From: a virus
Taxonomy: Duplodnaviria; Caudoviricetes
DNA: 64,000 bases
Reading direction: 5' to 3' (one strand)
Virus record (IMG/VR): IMGVR_UViG_3300021403_000006
Location: 1,139-65,138 of that record
In this document: positions 36,427 to 46,012 of the stretch, piece after piece
Numbering within the stretch: the stretch's first letter is position 1
How the letters are laid out: each line of letters begins with the position of its first letter
The notes under the pieces: generated by a model
The model's input: only the letters and a program-made list of their open reading frames with translations
What the model was told of the DNA's origin: nothing
The model's database searches: none
Program-made: the position numbers and the translations under genes

Positions 36427-36554
36427 CTCCGGGATGTTCCACGTTGAACGCTAAATGAGTTGATCACTTATATCTGAGGTACTGGGTGGTCTCATTGGGG
36501 GAAAAGGCCGTGGCTAGCCTTTTCTTTTAACCGGTCACAGAAGGAGTTTGCCCC

Positions 36555-36956
36555 ATGAGCCTTGGCCCGGAACCGCAGTACCCAGAAAGAGGTAGGTACG
36601 CCTACGACCGGACTATGGGTCCCGATCAGCCTGGCGGTCGTGGGCCTCTTCGGTTCGAAGAGGGCCTCGCCACCGACACTGATCTGCCCAGGGACTTCAC
36701 ACGAGGCATGACCGAGTTCATGCTCTCGGCACCGGGCCGGATCGGTCACGTCGATCCGAACACCCAGTTCAAGATGCCGGAGGAGACCATGGCGGAGCGC
36801 TCCCATGTTGGCTCCGCGGCCTGGATCGACGCCCCCACCATGCTCGGCGAGTTCGCCCACGGCAGCTTCACCGACCAGGCTGAGGTCCGCTACGAGGAAG
36901 TCGTCCGCAATGGGCGCATCCAGAAGAGGCGGGCACCCGAAGTCGTCAGCGACTGA
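36555..36956 (+). CDS. Phage hypothetical protein (head region)
   Basis: AAGGAG RBS; RGPLRFEEG..TDTD.P...ER.HVGSAAW motif. Confidence 0.75.
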   Translation: MSLGPEPQYPERGRYAYDRTMGPDQPGGRGPLRFEEGLATDTDLPRDFTRGMTEFMLSAPGRIGHVDPNTQFKMPEETMAERSHVGSAAWIDAPTMLGEFAHGSFTDQAEVRYEEVVRNGRIQKRRAPEVVSD

Positions 36957-38425
36957 TGGCCAGGAAGCGGCCCGGCGCGCCCGCAGGGCGGGCACTTCAA
37001 TACGAAGACCTCGACCCTGAGGGTCGTCGCGCTGCTCGTGAGAACTGGGCGGAGATGGGCAAGGCCAAGTCGCGCCATGCCGGAGCCGTCGCTGCCGCCC
37101 AGGAGGCTCAGACCACCAGCACGAACCCGGAATACGTCAAGAAGATGGGGCATCGGGAGTCATCACTGGGGACGATCGGTCCACACCTGGAAGACAAGCC
37201 CATGACGCTCCAGGGAGCGTCGGCGGCACGGGTCAAACTGGTCCACCAGGGGGCGGCACGAGCCAAAGAGGCCGGTGGCGGAGACCTGGGCGGTGCCGAC
37301 TGGTACTTCGGTCATCACAACCTCATCCGGGAGGCGGGCCGACAGCATGGCTTCAGTTCCCACGAGGCCATTGCTGCCACTACCGCGCTCAGCCCACTGA
37401 ACGCTCCGGAGTCGGAGCGGCCCGCCGGGGCCGCAGCCATGAAGCTGACGGCGGAGCCTCACACCGTCACCATCAGCAAGGAGCTACACCAAGCCACCAA
37501 GGCCCCCATCAAGCGGATGGGGAAATCGTGGCAGGGGCAGGGACTGGGGGAAGTTCCACCGCTTCCCAAAGAGCATGTCGGTCAGGAAGTCAAAGTCCAG
37601 GATCTTCATCCCGTGCATGTCGCCGCCATTGGGTCGGTGACCGCCAAGATGCGGAACAAAGGCAAGCCAGTCGAATCCAGCGCGCCGGAGGCCTTCACCG
37701 CCATGGGAGCCACTCGGCTCTCTGACGAGGTGGCCCGTTCGATTGGCCACCTCCGGGGCGACATCCCGCACGAAGACGTGATCTCACCCCACGGTGGTCC
37801 CAAGGTCTGGAGCTACAAGGAGTCCACCAAGGCGGCGGTACCGGGCAGCGCAGAGCATGGCGAGTTCGCCACCCGGATGCACCACTTCATCCACGGCGAC
37901 CCTCACCAGGGAGTCATGGACCTATGGGGCCTGCGCCACTCCGACCAGGGGATCCTCTCGCCAGAGCATCACACCGCCGAGGACACCTGGATGCAGTCCA
38001 TCTCCACTCGGCAGACCCCGCTCAACGTGCCGGGCAGCCGGGGCCGTGGCGTGAGCGTGGCGAAGATGGCCGGGAGCGACCCCAAGCTCTCCGCCGCCGA
38101 CGCCATGCGGAAATCGTCACCGACCTCGGAGGCCGCCGTCGCCGACGACCCCCGCCTGACCGGCACTGGCATCGCCCACGCCCTCAACAACAAGGCCACC
38201 CGCATGGCGGCAAACAAGGTCAAGATCCAGATGGGGCACGAGACCGCCAACATGCCCGCCGTGGCCGTCCAGGCCATGTCCTGGACAGAGCAGCGCCGCC
38301 AGGCGGATAAGGACCCGGAGTACAAGATCGCCCAGATGTCGGCGGATCACCGCAAGCAGGTCGGGAACAGCCGCCAGTTCCGCCAGCAGAGCTTGTTCAG
38401 CCCCAAGAAGTACGAGGAGCAGTGA
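36956..38425 (+). CDS. Protein with possible HhH/DNA-glycosylase-like fold
   Basis: G.DWY...H...A....ALSP.N; GPKV.SY; T.EDTW; VQA..W...R. Fold is inferred. Confidence 0.5.
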   Translation: MARKRPGAPAGRALQYEDLDPEGRRAARENWAEMGKAKSRHAGAVAAAQEAQTTSTNPEYVKKMGHRESSLGTIGPHLEDKPMTLQGASAARVKLVHQGAARAKEAGGGDLGGADWYFGHHNLIREAGRQHGFSSHEAIAATTALSPLNAPESERPAGAAAMKLTAEPHTVTISKELHQATKAPIKRMGKSWQGQGLGEVPPLPKEHVGQEVKVQDLHPVHVAAIGSVTAKMRNKGKPVESSAPEAFTAMGATRLSDEVARSIGHLRGDIPHEDVISPHGGPKVWSYKESTKAAVPGSAEHGEFATRMHHFIHGDPHQGVMDLWGLRHSDQGILSPEHHTAEDTWMQSISTRQTPLNVPGSRGRGVSVAKMAGSDPKLSAADAMRKSSPTSEAAVADDPRLTGTGIAHALNNKATRMAANKVKIQMGHETANMPAVAVQAMSWTEQRRQADKDPEYKIAQMSADHRKQVGNSRQFRQQSLFSPKKYEEQ

Positions 38426-38658
38426 TGTCCTACGTCCAGAACGAGCCGGTGCCCTACATGGATCTCCAGACCCTGTGGAACGACCGGCGCGATCCTCATG
38501 CCAGTCCGCTGGCGTCCTCGCCTCGACGTGAGGAGGCCCGTGGTAAAGGGGGCAGTGGCCTGGCCAGCGCGGTTGAAGGCATCTTCCGCAGTGGTGTCGG
38601 CGACGACGGGACCACCTCTAAGTTGCCCGACGAGCGCTTGTACCAGGGCCAGAAATGA
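38422..38658 (+). CDS. Hypothetical protein
   Basis: GAGGAG RBS; coupled. Confidence 0.55.
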   Translation: MMSYVQNEPVPYMDLQTLWNDRRDPHASPLASSPRREEARGKGGSGLASAVEGIFRSGVGDDGTTSKLPDERLYQGQK

Positions 38659-38819
38659 ATCGGCATCACCCTCGTCACGCCGCACTTGCATCCCGAACGT
38701 CCAGCCAGCACTACAAGCAAGCGCAGGCTCGTGCCCTCAAGTCCATACAGAGTCGTAGGCGTCTCCCTCGCACTCAGGTCGACTATTACATCCAACGGAT
38801 AACCGCGCCTCCTCGATAG
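38655..38819 (+). CDS. 54-aa basic protein (not in ORF track)
   Basis: ATGA overlap; stop abuts the portal ATG. Confidence 0.45.
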   Translation: MNRHHPRHAALASRTSSQHYKQAQARALKSIQSRRRLPRTQVDYYIQRITAPPR

Positions 38820-40577
38820 ATGGCCATCCAGTTCCAGTCGCCTAGCTATCGGGCGGCGTCCTCCGACCTCACCATCCAGATCAGCCCGCTCGGCCTGGTC
38901 GAGCTAGCTGACGAGGAGTTTGAGGTCCACGGGCCGCGGCTCAACCGCTACGCCATGAACTGGGCCTTCTACTTGGGCTACCACTGGGCGCAGCGCCCCG
39001 ACCTGGGGGAGCCGCAACTCACCTTCAACTACACCAGGGCACTCTCCGACTTCACCACCAACTTCGTCTTCGGCAAAGGCGTGGGCTTCCGGTCCCCCGA
39101 TGCCACCGGGGCCATCGTGCCCACCCGGCTCCAACGCGTCTGGGAGGTTGACAATAAGAAGGAGTCCCTGCTATGGGAGTCCGGGGCCATGGGGTCGGTG
39201 ACCGGCGACTGTTTTATCAAGGTGGCCTACGAGGAACCGTGGCAAGATCCATCGGGGATGCCGCATCCGGGGCGGGTGCGGATATTGCCCCTTAACTCCG
39301 CCTTCTGCTTTCCGGAGTGGCATCCCCACGACCGCAACCGGCTCATCCGCTTCAAGCTGAAGTACCGCTTCTGGGGCACGACCCAAGAAGGGACGCGCCA
39401 GGTCTTCAGCTACACAGAGCTACTCACAGAGAGCCGTGTAGAGGAGTACGTCAACGACGAACTCATCGACGCGCGTGACAACCCGCTCGGCGAGATCCCC
39501 GTTGTCCACATCAGCAACCTGCCGATCCCTTCATCGCCGTGGGGCATGCCTGACATCCAGGACGTCACCGTCTTGAACCGGGAGTACAACGAGAAGGCCA
39601 CCGACATCAGCGACATCATCAACTACCACGCCGCTCCGGTGACGGTAGTGATCGGGGCACGAGCCTCCAACTTGGAGAAGGGCACCCACCAAACCTGGAG
39701 TATCCCCAACAAGGAAGCCAAGGTCGAGAACCTGCTCTTCGACCCTCAGGGCATCGAGATGTCCATCAAGTACCTGGAGGTCATAAAGCGGGCCATGCAC
39801 GAGATGACCGGCGTGCCGGTTACCGCCCTCGGCGAGGAGCAGGCCATCTCCAACACCAGCGGTGTGGCGCTGGCCATCCAGTACCAGCCACTGATGAATC
39901 GCTTCCATCTCAAGGCCACTCAGTACGGCGAGGGCTTTGCGGCGGTCAACAAGCTGGCGCTCAAGACGCTCTTCATGAAAGAGCCGGAGATGCTGGTCTA
40001 CAACCCGGAGATCGACCCCCCGCTCCAGGATGACCAGCTTCCGATGCTGGACCCGATGGACCCCATCACCTATGAGAACACGGTCCACTTCCAACCGCCT
40101 CTGCCCGTCGACCAACTGGTCAAGCTCAACGAGCTTCAGGTCAAGATGGCTCTGGGCCTGGAGTCCAAGCGTGGTGCCCTGATCGAGCTTGGTGAGGAGC
40201 AGCCCGATGAGAAGCTCCAGGAGCTTTTCCACGAACTGATCGATGACGCCGAACAACAGGCCGCGCTGGAGTACCTGCGGTCCATGGCAGCCAGCTTCAC
40301 CGTGAACATGACCGGCATGATCCCGCCGGACGGTCCTGTACCTCAGCCCCCGCCACCGGCCAACGGCAACGGAAACGGGGACGGCAAGCCAGGAGTCAAG
40401 TCAGCGGGCGGTCCGGGCGTCAACAGCGCCCCAGGTTCAGTGCCCAAGCTGGGCGTGCTACCTGGCATCGACCTGACCGACTCCGACGACGTCAAGAAGA
40501 TGCAGCAGCGCATCGTCGCTCTGGCGCACGGGACCACGATGCCCCAGCGCCGAGTCCCCGAAGAAGACGACACCTGA
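38820..40577 (+). CDS. Portal protein (SPP1 gp6-like)
   Basis: FVFGKG; N.LGEIPVVHI.N; SNTSGVAL.I...PL; position between terminase and scaffold. Confidence 0.9.
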   Translation: MAIQFQSPSYRAASSDLTIQISPLGLVELADEEFEVHGPRLNRYAMNWAFYLGYHWAQRPDLGEPQLTFNYTRALSDFTTNFVFGKGVGFRSPDATGAIVPTRLQRVWEVDNKKESLLWESGAMGSVTGDCFIKVAYEEPWQDPSGMPHPGRVRILPLNSAFCFPEWHPHDRNRLIRFKLKYRFWGTTQEGTRQVFSYTELLTESRVEEYVNDELIDARDNPLGEIPVVHISNLPIPSSPWGMPDIQDVTVLNREYNEKATDISDIINYHAAPVTVVIGARASNLEKGTHQTWSIPNKEAKVENLLFDPQGIEMSIKYLEVIKRAMHEMTGVPVTALGEEQAISNTSGVALAIQYQPLMNRFHLKATQYGEGFAAVNKLALKTLFMKEPEMLVYNPEIDPPLQDDQLPMLDPMDPITYENTVHFQPPLPVDQLVKLNELQVKMALGLESKRGALIELGEEQPDEKLQELFHELIDDAEQQAALEYLRSMAASFTVNMTGMIPPDGPVPQPPPPANGNGNGDGKPGVKSAGGPGVNSAPGSVPKLGVLPGIDLTDSDDVKKMQQRIVALAHGTTMPQRRVPEEDDT

Positions 40578-40596
40578 AAGGAGCCATGAGTAGTAC

Positions 40597-41403
40597 ATGA
40601 CCGTCACCGAACCACAGACAACGCCGCCGGAACCACCCGACCCGAACGACCCGAACAACATCACTGTCGAGGTTCCCGGTCAGCCCCCTGCTCAGCCGCC
40701 CCCGCCGACGTCCGGCAACCGTCAAGCCCGCAGTGGCGCTGATGTCCAGACGTTCACCGCGGAAGATGTCGAGCGGATTCGTCAAGAGGAGCGTGCCCGG
40801 TATGGGACCGTCACCTCACAACTGGACGAGTTAAACGCAGAGATCTCCAGATACCGCCAGGCAGACGAAGAGAGAGCCAAGGCCGACGACAAGATCCGTA
40901 AGGACGCCGAGAAAGCTGAAAAAAAGAAGCAAGAAGAGGAGATGGAGCTTCGTGATTTAATCACGAAGAAGGACCAAGAGTGGGAGGAAAAGCTCGCCGC
41001 TGAGCGGGCAGAGCGTGAGCGCACTCTGGCTGTCCTGGAGCAAGAGCGCCGTCATGCGACCCTCCAGAACTACCTCTCCCAGCAAATGATGGAGAAGGGT
41101 GAGCTAATCGCTCCCCAGTTGCGGAAGCTCGTGGCCGGTAACAGTGAGCAGGAGATCGACGCCAAGATCTCGGAACTTGTAGACATCTCTGAGAGTCTCC
41201 TGGGCGATACACAACAGTTATTGCAACGTCAGAACGCTCAACGTCCGACCGTTGGAGTGACGGCCCCGCCAGTCGGTCCGGTGGATATGACTGGGGGAAC
41301 GCGCACGTATACGCCAGATGACATCAAGGCGCTGACACCCGAAGAGTACGCTGCCCAACGTGAGTCATTGCTGCGTGCGGCGTCCAATAGTCGTAGGCAA
41401 TAG
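40597..41403 (+). CDS. Capsid scaffolding protein
   Basis: Long charged coiled coil; FT.EDVE..R..E; C-terminal I..L...EYA..R..L. Confidence 0.8.
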   Translation: MTVTEPQTTPPEPPDPNDPNNITVEVPGQPPAQPPPPTSGNRQARSGADVQTFTAEDVERIRQEERARYGTVTSQLDELNAEISRYRQADEERAKADDKIRKDAEKAEKKKQEEEMELRDLITKKDQEWEEKLAAERAERERTLAVLEQERRHATLQNYLSQQMMEKGELIAPQLRKLVAGNSEQEIDAKISELVDISESLLGDTQQLLQRQNAQRPTVGVTAPPVGPVDMTGGTRTYTPDDIKALTPEEYAAQRESLLRAASNSRRQ

Positions 41404-41457
41404 GAATCAGGAAGGCCGGAAACTCAAGGCCATTTTTTGAGAAAGTGAGGTAGGCAA

Positions 41458-42465
41458 ATGCCTTCCAGCATCACCGGCACTCCTCTTCTGAGCGCCTCAC
41501 CCACCGGGTATCCCGGTACGAACTCCCAACTATCTCCAGCGATCCAGGTGATCTGGTCGAAGGAGATCCTGTTCCAGTCGATGCCGGTGCTGCGCTTCGA
41601 ACAGTTCGCGGTGAAGAAGACGGAACTGGGAATCCAGCCCGGACTCCAGATCAACTTCATGCGTTACAACAACCTCGGAGACGCCACACAGTTGGTTGAG
41701 GGTGTCCGCATGCAGACCGCGGCTCTCACCGCCTCGCAGTACGCCATCACCGTGGCGGAGCAGGGCTACGCCGTCGCTGTCAGCGAGCTTCTCCTGAACT
41801 CGTCCTTCGATGACGTGATGGCCTCGTCCTCCCGGCTGCTGGGCCGCAACATGGCCAAGTACCTGGACGGCTCCGCTCGTGACACGCTCTACAACGCGTC
41901 GTCGGTCATCTGGGGCTACGCCCTCCCGGCTCCCACTGCCACCCGCACCCCGCTGTCGCCCTACGACGCCGGGACGGTCGGCACCCAGCAGACCGACCTG
42001 ACCACTGGGGCCAGCAAGGGCACCTTCTACATGAGCGTCAACGTGACCAAGGACGCCGTGGAGACCCTGGCCACCAAGAACGTGCCCCGCATCGGCGAGA
42101 CCTACGTGGCCTTCATCGATCCGCACCAGTCCCGCCGCCTGCGTGACAACCCGGAGTTCATCGAGGTCACCAAGTACGCGGCCCCCGGCAACTTCATGCT
42201 GGGCGAGATCGGTCGGCTCAATGACACCGTCTACATCGAGACCACCCAGATTCGGCAGCAGCAGCCTGCCGGGGCGGGTACGCCGGTCGTTCACTGGGCG
42301 CTCTACCTGGGCGACAACGCCTTCGGGCACGCCATCGCTCTGCCGGTCGAGCTTCGCGACGGCGGCGTTTTGGACTTCGGTCGTGAGCATGCCCTCTGCT
42401 GGTATGCCATCTGGGGCTTCGGTCTGATCACCGATCAGGCTGTCGTGATCGCCCAGACCAACTGA
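41458..42465 (+). CDS. Major capsid protein (N4 gp56-like)
   Basis: WSKEILFQ.MP.LRF.QFA.KKTEL...PG; E.G.AV; GEIGRL. Confidence 0.9.
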   Translation: MPSSITGTPLLSASPTGYPGTNSQLSPAIQVIWSKEILFQSMPVLRFEQFAVKKTELGIQPGLQINFMRYNNLGDATQLVEGVRMQTAALTASQYAITVAEQGYAVAVSELLLNSSFDDVMASSSRLLGRNMAKYLDGSARDTLYNASSVIWGYALPAPTATRTPLSPYDAGTVGTQQTDLTTGASKGTFYMSVNVTKDAVETLATKNVPRIGETYVAFIDPHQSRRLRDNPEFIEVTKYAAPGNFMLGEIGRLNDTVYIETTQIRQQQPAGAGTPVVHWALYLGDNAFGHAIALPVELRDGGVLDFGREHALCWYAIWGFGLITDQAVVIAQTN

Positions 42466-43001
42466 TGCCGAGGGGAACAGCACAACGAGGGGACTTCACC
42501 GGCCAGGAACGTCAGAGACTGACCGAGGAGAAGGCGAAGGAACTGGCGGAGCGTCAGAAGGAGATCGGCCTCGTCAACCAGGTCGACATCGTGGTCGAGG
42601 AAGAGGGCATCTTCGACCCGATCACTGGTGAGCTAGAGGAGCTTCCCGAAGACGCTCAGGCCAGGATCGAGCAGATGCAGGAGCAGCCGGTGGTGGTGGA
42701 CGACGATCCCATCCTGGATCCCGCCCACCCGGCTCAGAACTACGACCCCATGAAGGACCTCAGGGACCTGGAGACCAAGCAACACGCCAAGCCGGTCGTT
42801 ACCAATCCCATGGAGGTCCAGGACCTGGGGCCGGAGCCGATCACCGTCGATGACGAGTGGCGGGTGGTCCGGGTCAACACCGACATCGAGGAGATGACCT
42901 ACGGGGTCGAACACAACTACACGTTCCTGCGAGGTCGTCGCTACCGAGTTCCCAGGGATCTCTATGACTGGCTCGAAAGCCGAGGTGTGGTTTACCACTG
43001 A
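42465..43001 (+). CDS. Head-associated hypothetical protein
   Basis: TGATG-coupled to capsid; F..G.RY.VP...WL..G motif. Confidence 0.7.
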   Translation: MPRGTAQRGDFTGQERQRLTEEKAKELAERQKEIGLVNQVDIVVEEEGIFDPITGELEELPEDAQARIEQMQEQPVVVDDDPILDPAHPAQNYDPMKDLRDLETKQHAKPVVTNPMEVQDLGPEPITVDDEWRVVRVNTDIEEMTYGVEHNYTFLRGRRYRVPRDLYDWLESRGVVYH

Positions 43002-43306
43002 TGACCGACGTCGAGCCGGAGGTCCGAACCTGCGACAAATGCGGCCAGCAGGACAACGAGCCGCACCACGTTCAATACGTCGCCAACAATCCGGCCAGTC
43101 CTGACCTCTCCGTCAGCAAGCATGTTCGATGCTGCGCCGAGGATGGCTGTCCGATCTGCACCGCGGATGTGCATGCGGCTGAGCAGGCCGGGTTCGACCC
43201 CGAACACCTGAGCGACTTCGTTCAGCACCGGCCTGAGGACCACCAGCAGCGGCTCCACGATGAGTTCGGCGTCGAGTCCCCTGATGTCCAGGCTGAGGAG
43301 ACGTAA
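43001..43306 (+). CDS. Zn-binding hypothetical protein
   Basis: CDKCGQ.D..PHH...H..CC...GCPIC. Confidence 0.7.
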   Translation: MTDVEPEVRTCDKCGQQDNEPHHVQYVANNPASPDLSVSKHVRCCAEDGCPICTADVHAAEQAGFDPEHLSDFVQHRPEDHQQRLHDEFGVESPDVQAEET

Positions 43307-43689
43307 TGGCGAACCTGGTCAGTACTGAGGCCAACGCCCTCCTGGGCGCATCATCGGGCCAGGCGGCGTACGTGGCCCCCACCGCCCCCATCAGGGTGGC
43401 CCTGGTGACCGCCACCGGCAGTGCCACCGCCGCAGGCACGGAGGTGACCGGCGGCAGCTATGCCCGTCAGACCATCACCTTCGCGGCCCCGGCGGGTGGA
43501 GCTATCTCTTCCAACGTGGCTCTGACCTACACCAATATGCCCGCCTGCACCGTGACCGGAGTGGATGAGTTTGACTCGGCCACCACACCCGTCCGGCGCT
43601 GGTTTGGCAACCTCTCCTCCTCCAAGACGGTCAACGCCGGAGACACCTTCTCGATCGCATCAGGGTCGTACACCAAGACGCTGAGCTAA
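43306..43689 (+). CDS. Virion structural protein
   Basis: VAL.TA...EV.GGSYARQ...F...N...L...KTVN.GDTF. Confidence 0.75.
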   Translation: MANLVSTEANALLGASSGQAAYVAPTAPIRVALVTATGSATAAGTEVTGGSYARQTITFAAPAGGAISSNVALTYTNMPACTVTGVDEFDSATTPVRRWFGNLSSSKTVNAGDTFSIASGSYTKTLS

Positions 43690-43865
43690 TGACCGTCCTG
43701 GAGGCCTCGACCACGGTGCAGATCAGCGCCGTCACACAGCCGAAGCCGCCTCCGTCCTTGGCTGACCAAATCGCCTCCGTGGCCGGGCGAGATCCCATCC
43801 TCCTGGGCGCGACCGGCTACATGGACACGGTCTTCACGTCCCGGCTGGCGGGTGACTCGGAGTAG
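43689..43865 (+). CDS. 58-aa hypothetical protein (not in ORF track)
   Basis: TAATG coupling; open to TAG 43865. Confidence 0.5.
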   Translation: MTVLEASTTVQISAVTQPKPPPSLADQIASVAGRDPILLGATGYMDTVFTSRLAGDSE

Positions 43866-44702
43866 TCACGGTACGTCGCCAATGGCGAGGAACCCGAAGG
43901 CCGAATCAGTCAGCACCCCGTCTACATTGCCGACTGCCACGACAGCGAGTGTCGTGGTGATCTGATCAACCGTGATCTCACCGGTCTGAACACCGGTACC
44001 GGCATTGACAGCCGGGTTGCCGAAGATCTTGGTGGCGATCATGGTCGGTGTGGACTGGAACGGGACAGTGAAGGTGATCTGGTAACGACCAGTACTCAGG
44101 TGGGTCACTGTCCATCCGGTTCCATCAAGGACACCGCCCGCCGCACTGACATTCCCCCGTATCTCCGGTGGTGTCGGACCTGGAGGGCCTTGAGGTCCCG
44201 CTGGACCTACTGGTCCGGTTGCCCCGGTAGCTCCCGTCGCGCCAGTTGCCCCTGTCGCACCAGTCGCTCCGGCTGGTCCCCTCGCTCCTGTCGCTCCTGT
44301 CGCTCCTGTCGCTCCTGTCGCTCCTGTCGCTCCTGTCGTCCCCGCTCCTCCGGCGGGACCCCGTGCGCCACTAGCTCCCGTTGCTCCAGTCGCGCCGATG
44401 GCTCCTCTTGCTCCCACGGCCCCCACGGGTCCAATAGCTCCACTCGCACCTGTTGATCCCTGATTACCCGGTGCGCCTGGCGTGCCGACCCCGGCTGGTC
44501 CGGCGGGACCGGCTGCTCCTCGTGGTCCAAGTGGTCCGGTCAGCCCTCGTGGACCGGCGATGCCTGGTCGTCCAGGTGGCCCAGTGGTGTGGGTGTTGCT
44601 CTTCCCAGCCATGAAGCTGGTTACTACCGCTGCTGCAACGAGGACGGCGGTCATAACAATGAGAAAGCCGGAGGACACTGCTCCCTGGTTACGCTCCCTC
44701 AT
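43866..44702 (-). CDS. Membrane-anchored collagen-like protein
   Basis: N-terminal TM helix, long Gly-X-Y tract, beta-rich C-domain. Confidence 0.8.
   Translation of the reverse strand: MRERNQGAVSSGFLIVMTAVLVAAAVVTSFMAGKSNTHTTGPPGRPGIAGPRGLTGPLGPRGAAGPAGPAGVGTPGAPGNQGSTGASGAIGPVGAVGARGAIGATGATGASGARGPAGGAGTTGATGATGATGATGATGARGPAGATGATGATGATGATGATGPVGPAGPQGPPGPTPPEIRGNVSAAGGVLDGTGWTVTHLSTGRYQITFTVPFQSTPTMIATKIFGNPAVNAGTGVQTGEITVDQITTTLAVVAVGNVDGVLTDSAFGFLAIGDVP
44282..44339. repeat. 9-bp tandem repeat (TCGCTCCTG)n encoding Gly-Ala-Thr
   Basis: About six consecutive copies. Confidence 0.9.
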
Positions 44703-44925
44703 CGCCCAGGACCTCAGGATGGGCCATCCGTACTTTGTGAAGCTGTGCTTCCAAGGTTTCGGCCTGGCGATGGCTCTGGGCTAACTCTTCCTCGCACGCT
44801 TTGGAGCCTGTCTTGCGGGCGCGGATCACCGCTGCCCAGGCCGTCAGGACTGCGGCGATCGCGGTGCCGATAGCAGCCAAGAAGACCCCGTCAAAAGTTA
44901 CGCCGCCGACTGTGAATGCAAACAG
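44689..44925 (-). CDS. Small TM plus coiled-coil protein (lysis cassette)
   Basis: Hydrophobic N-half; start TTG 44880, or CTG 44925 after GAGGA. Confidence 0.55.
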   Translation of the reverse strand: MFAFTVGGVTFDGVFLAAIGTAIAAVLTAWAAVIRARKTGSKACEEELAQSHRQAETLEAQLHKVRMAHPEVLGDEGA

Positions 44926-44934
44926 ATTGTGTCC

Positions 44935-45804
44935 TCAGGTCACAGGCGCGGTCCAACTAGCAGTCCACGTCTGCGGACCCACCAGCCCATCTACACCCAG
45001 CCCTTTCTCTTGCTGGAACTGGCGACAAACGCTCTGTGAGTTGGGACCGTACTTCCCATCGACTCCGCCGATGCCTGACCATCCTCTGGCGACCATCTGC
45101 CGTTGCCATGTCGCCACGTTCGTGTTATCCACTCCGCCGTAGTAGCCGGAATGACAGTTTGGATCATTTGATGGTGGCCCCAGGTATCCGCTGGACGGAT
45201 AGGGAAAGGGAGGTGCTGCTCCGGCGGGAGGGGGTTTAGGGGCTGGTGTCGGAGGTGGGGTCGGACCCGGAGCCGGAGCCGGTGATCCTCCCGTCGCAAG
45301 GCTGAGGACGTAGGACCACGGGAAATACTGACCCGGATCGACGTGGCCTCCACCCCAACTACCTAGGTCGCCGTGGCCGCACACGCCAGCCGACCCGCCT
45401 TGTGCCTGCTGAGGTGTGAGCTTGACGATGGGGATCCCGAACGCTGCCGCCTCTTCCTTGATCCACTGGGCGCAGTTGGCGAGCATATTGGAATGGCTCT
45501 TCCACTGGGCATCGCTCCATAGGTAGCCACCTGAAGGAGTGCATAGCTCGTTTTGAACGGCATAAGGGTTTGCGTTCGCGGCCGTCCAAGCCTTATTCGA
45601 CCGACCGCAATATTCTCCCACCGTGTTAGGCGTATCGTCCGTGCCTACGTGAGATGAGACTTGGCTGGACGGATTTGCAAAAAAGTTTCCCAAGCTCTGG
45701 TATGTCGTGGCACCTTCACTTGTATGGATCACTATGAGCCTGACCTTGGCTCCGCCCCGGCTGGAGACGTTGGGGCTGGGAATGCCCACACGGACTAGGG
45801 TCAT
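44935..45804 (-). CDS. Endolysin: Amidase_2 plus peptidoglycan-binding domain
   Basis: LIVIHTSEG; SSH; AWTA; GHGD...H.DPG; DG.YGP...FQ...GL.VDG.VGPQTW. Confidence 0.92.
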   Translation of the reverse strand: MTLVRVGIPSPNVSSRGGAKVRLIVIHTSEGATTYQSLGNFFANPSSQVSSHVGTDDTPNTVGEYCGRSNKAWTAANANPYAVQNELCTPSGGYLWSDAQWKSHSNMLANCAQWIKEEAAAFGIPIVKLTPQQAQGGSAGVCGHGDLGSWGGGHVDPGQYFPWSYVLSLATGGSPAPAPGPTPPPTPAPKPPPAGAAPPFPYPSSGYLGPPSNDPNCHSGYYGGVDNTNVATWQRQMVARGWSGIGGVDGKYGPNSQSVCRQFQQEKGLGVDGLVGPQTWTASWTAPVT

Positions 45805-45999
45805 CTACTCCTCCTCTGCTGGTTCGGCTGCTGCTCCTGGGGTTCCGTCGTTGGCCAGGGATTCACCGTGTTCCTCCCCGTCGTCTTCCTTCGGCTCAGG
45901 CCACTCCAGGTCCTCACCATCCGGACCTCGCACGTCGTCACCGGCCATGGGGGAATCGTCAGGTTCTGGGGCAGGGGTCGGCTCTTCTGTAGTACTCAT
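45805..45999 (-). CDS. Small acidic protein
   Basis: AGGAGG RBS; ATG 45999. Confidence 0.6.
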   Translation of the reverse strand: MSTTEEPTPAPEPDDSPMAGDDVRGPDGEDLEWPEPKEDDGEEHGESLANDGTPGAAAEPAEEE

Positions 46000-46012
46000 T
46001 GGGTTTCCTCCT

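Noticed and set aside
41530-42483. Long antisense ORFs (opposite capsid, portal, helicase and others)
   Set aside because: Typical antisense shadows of high-GC3 genes, with no motifs
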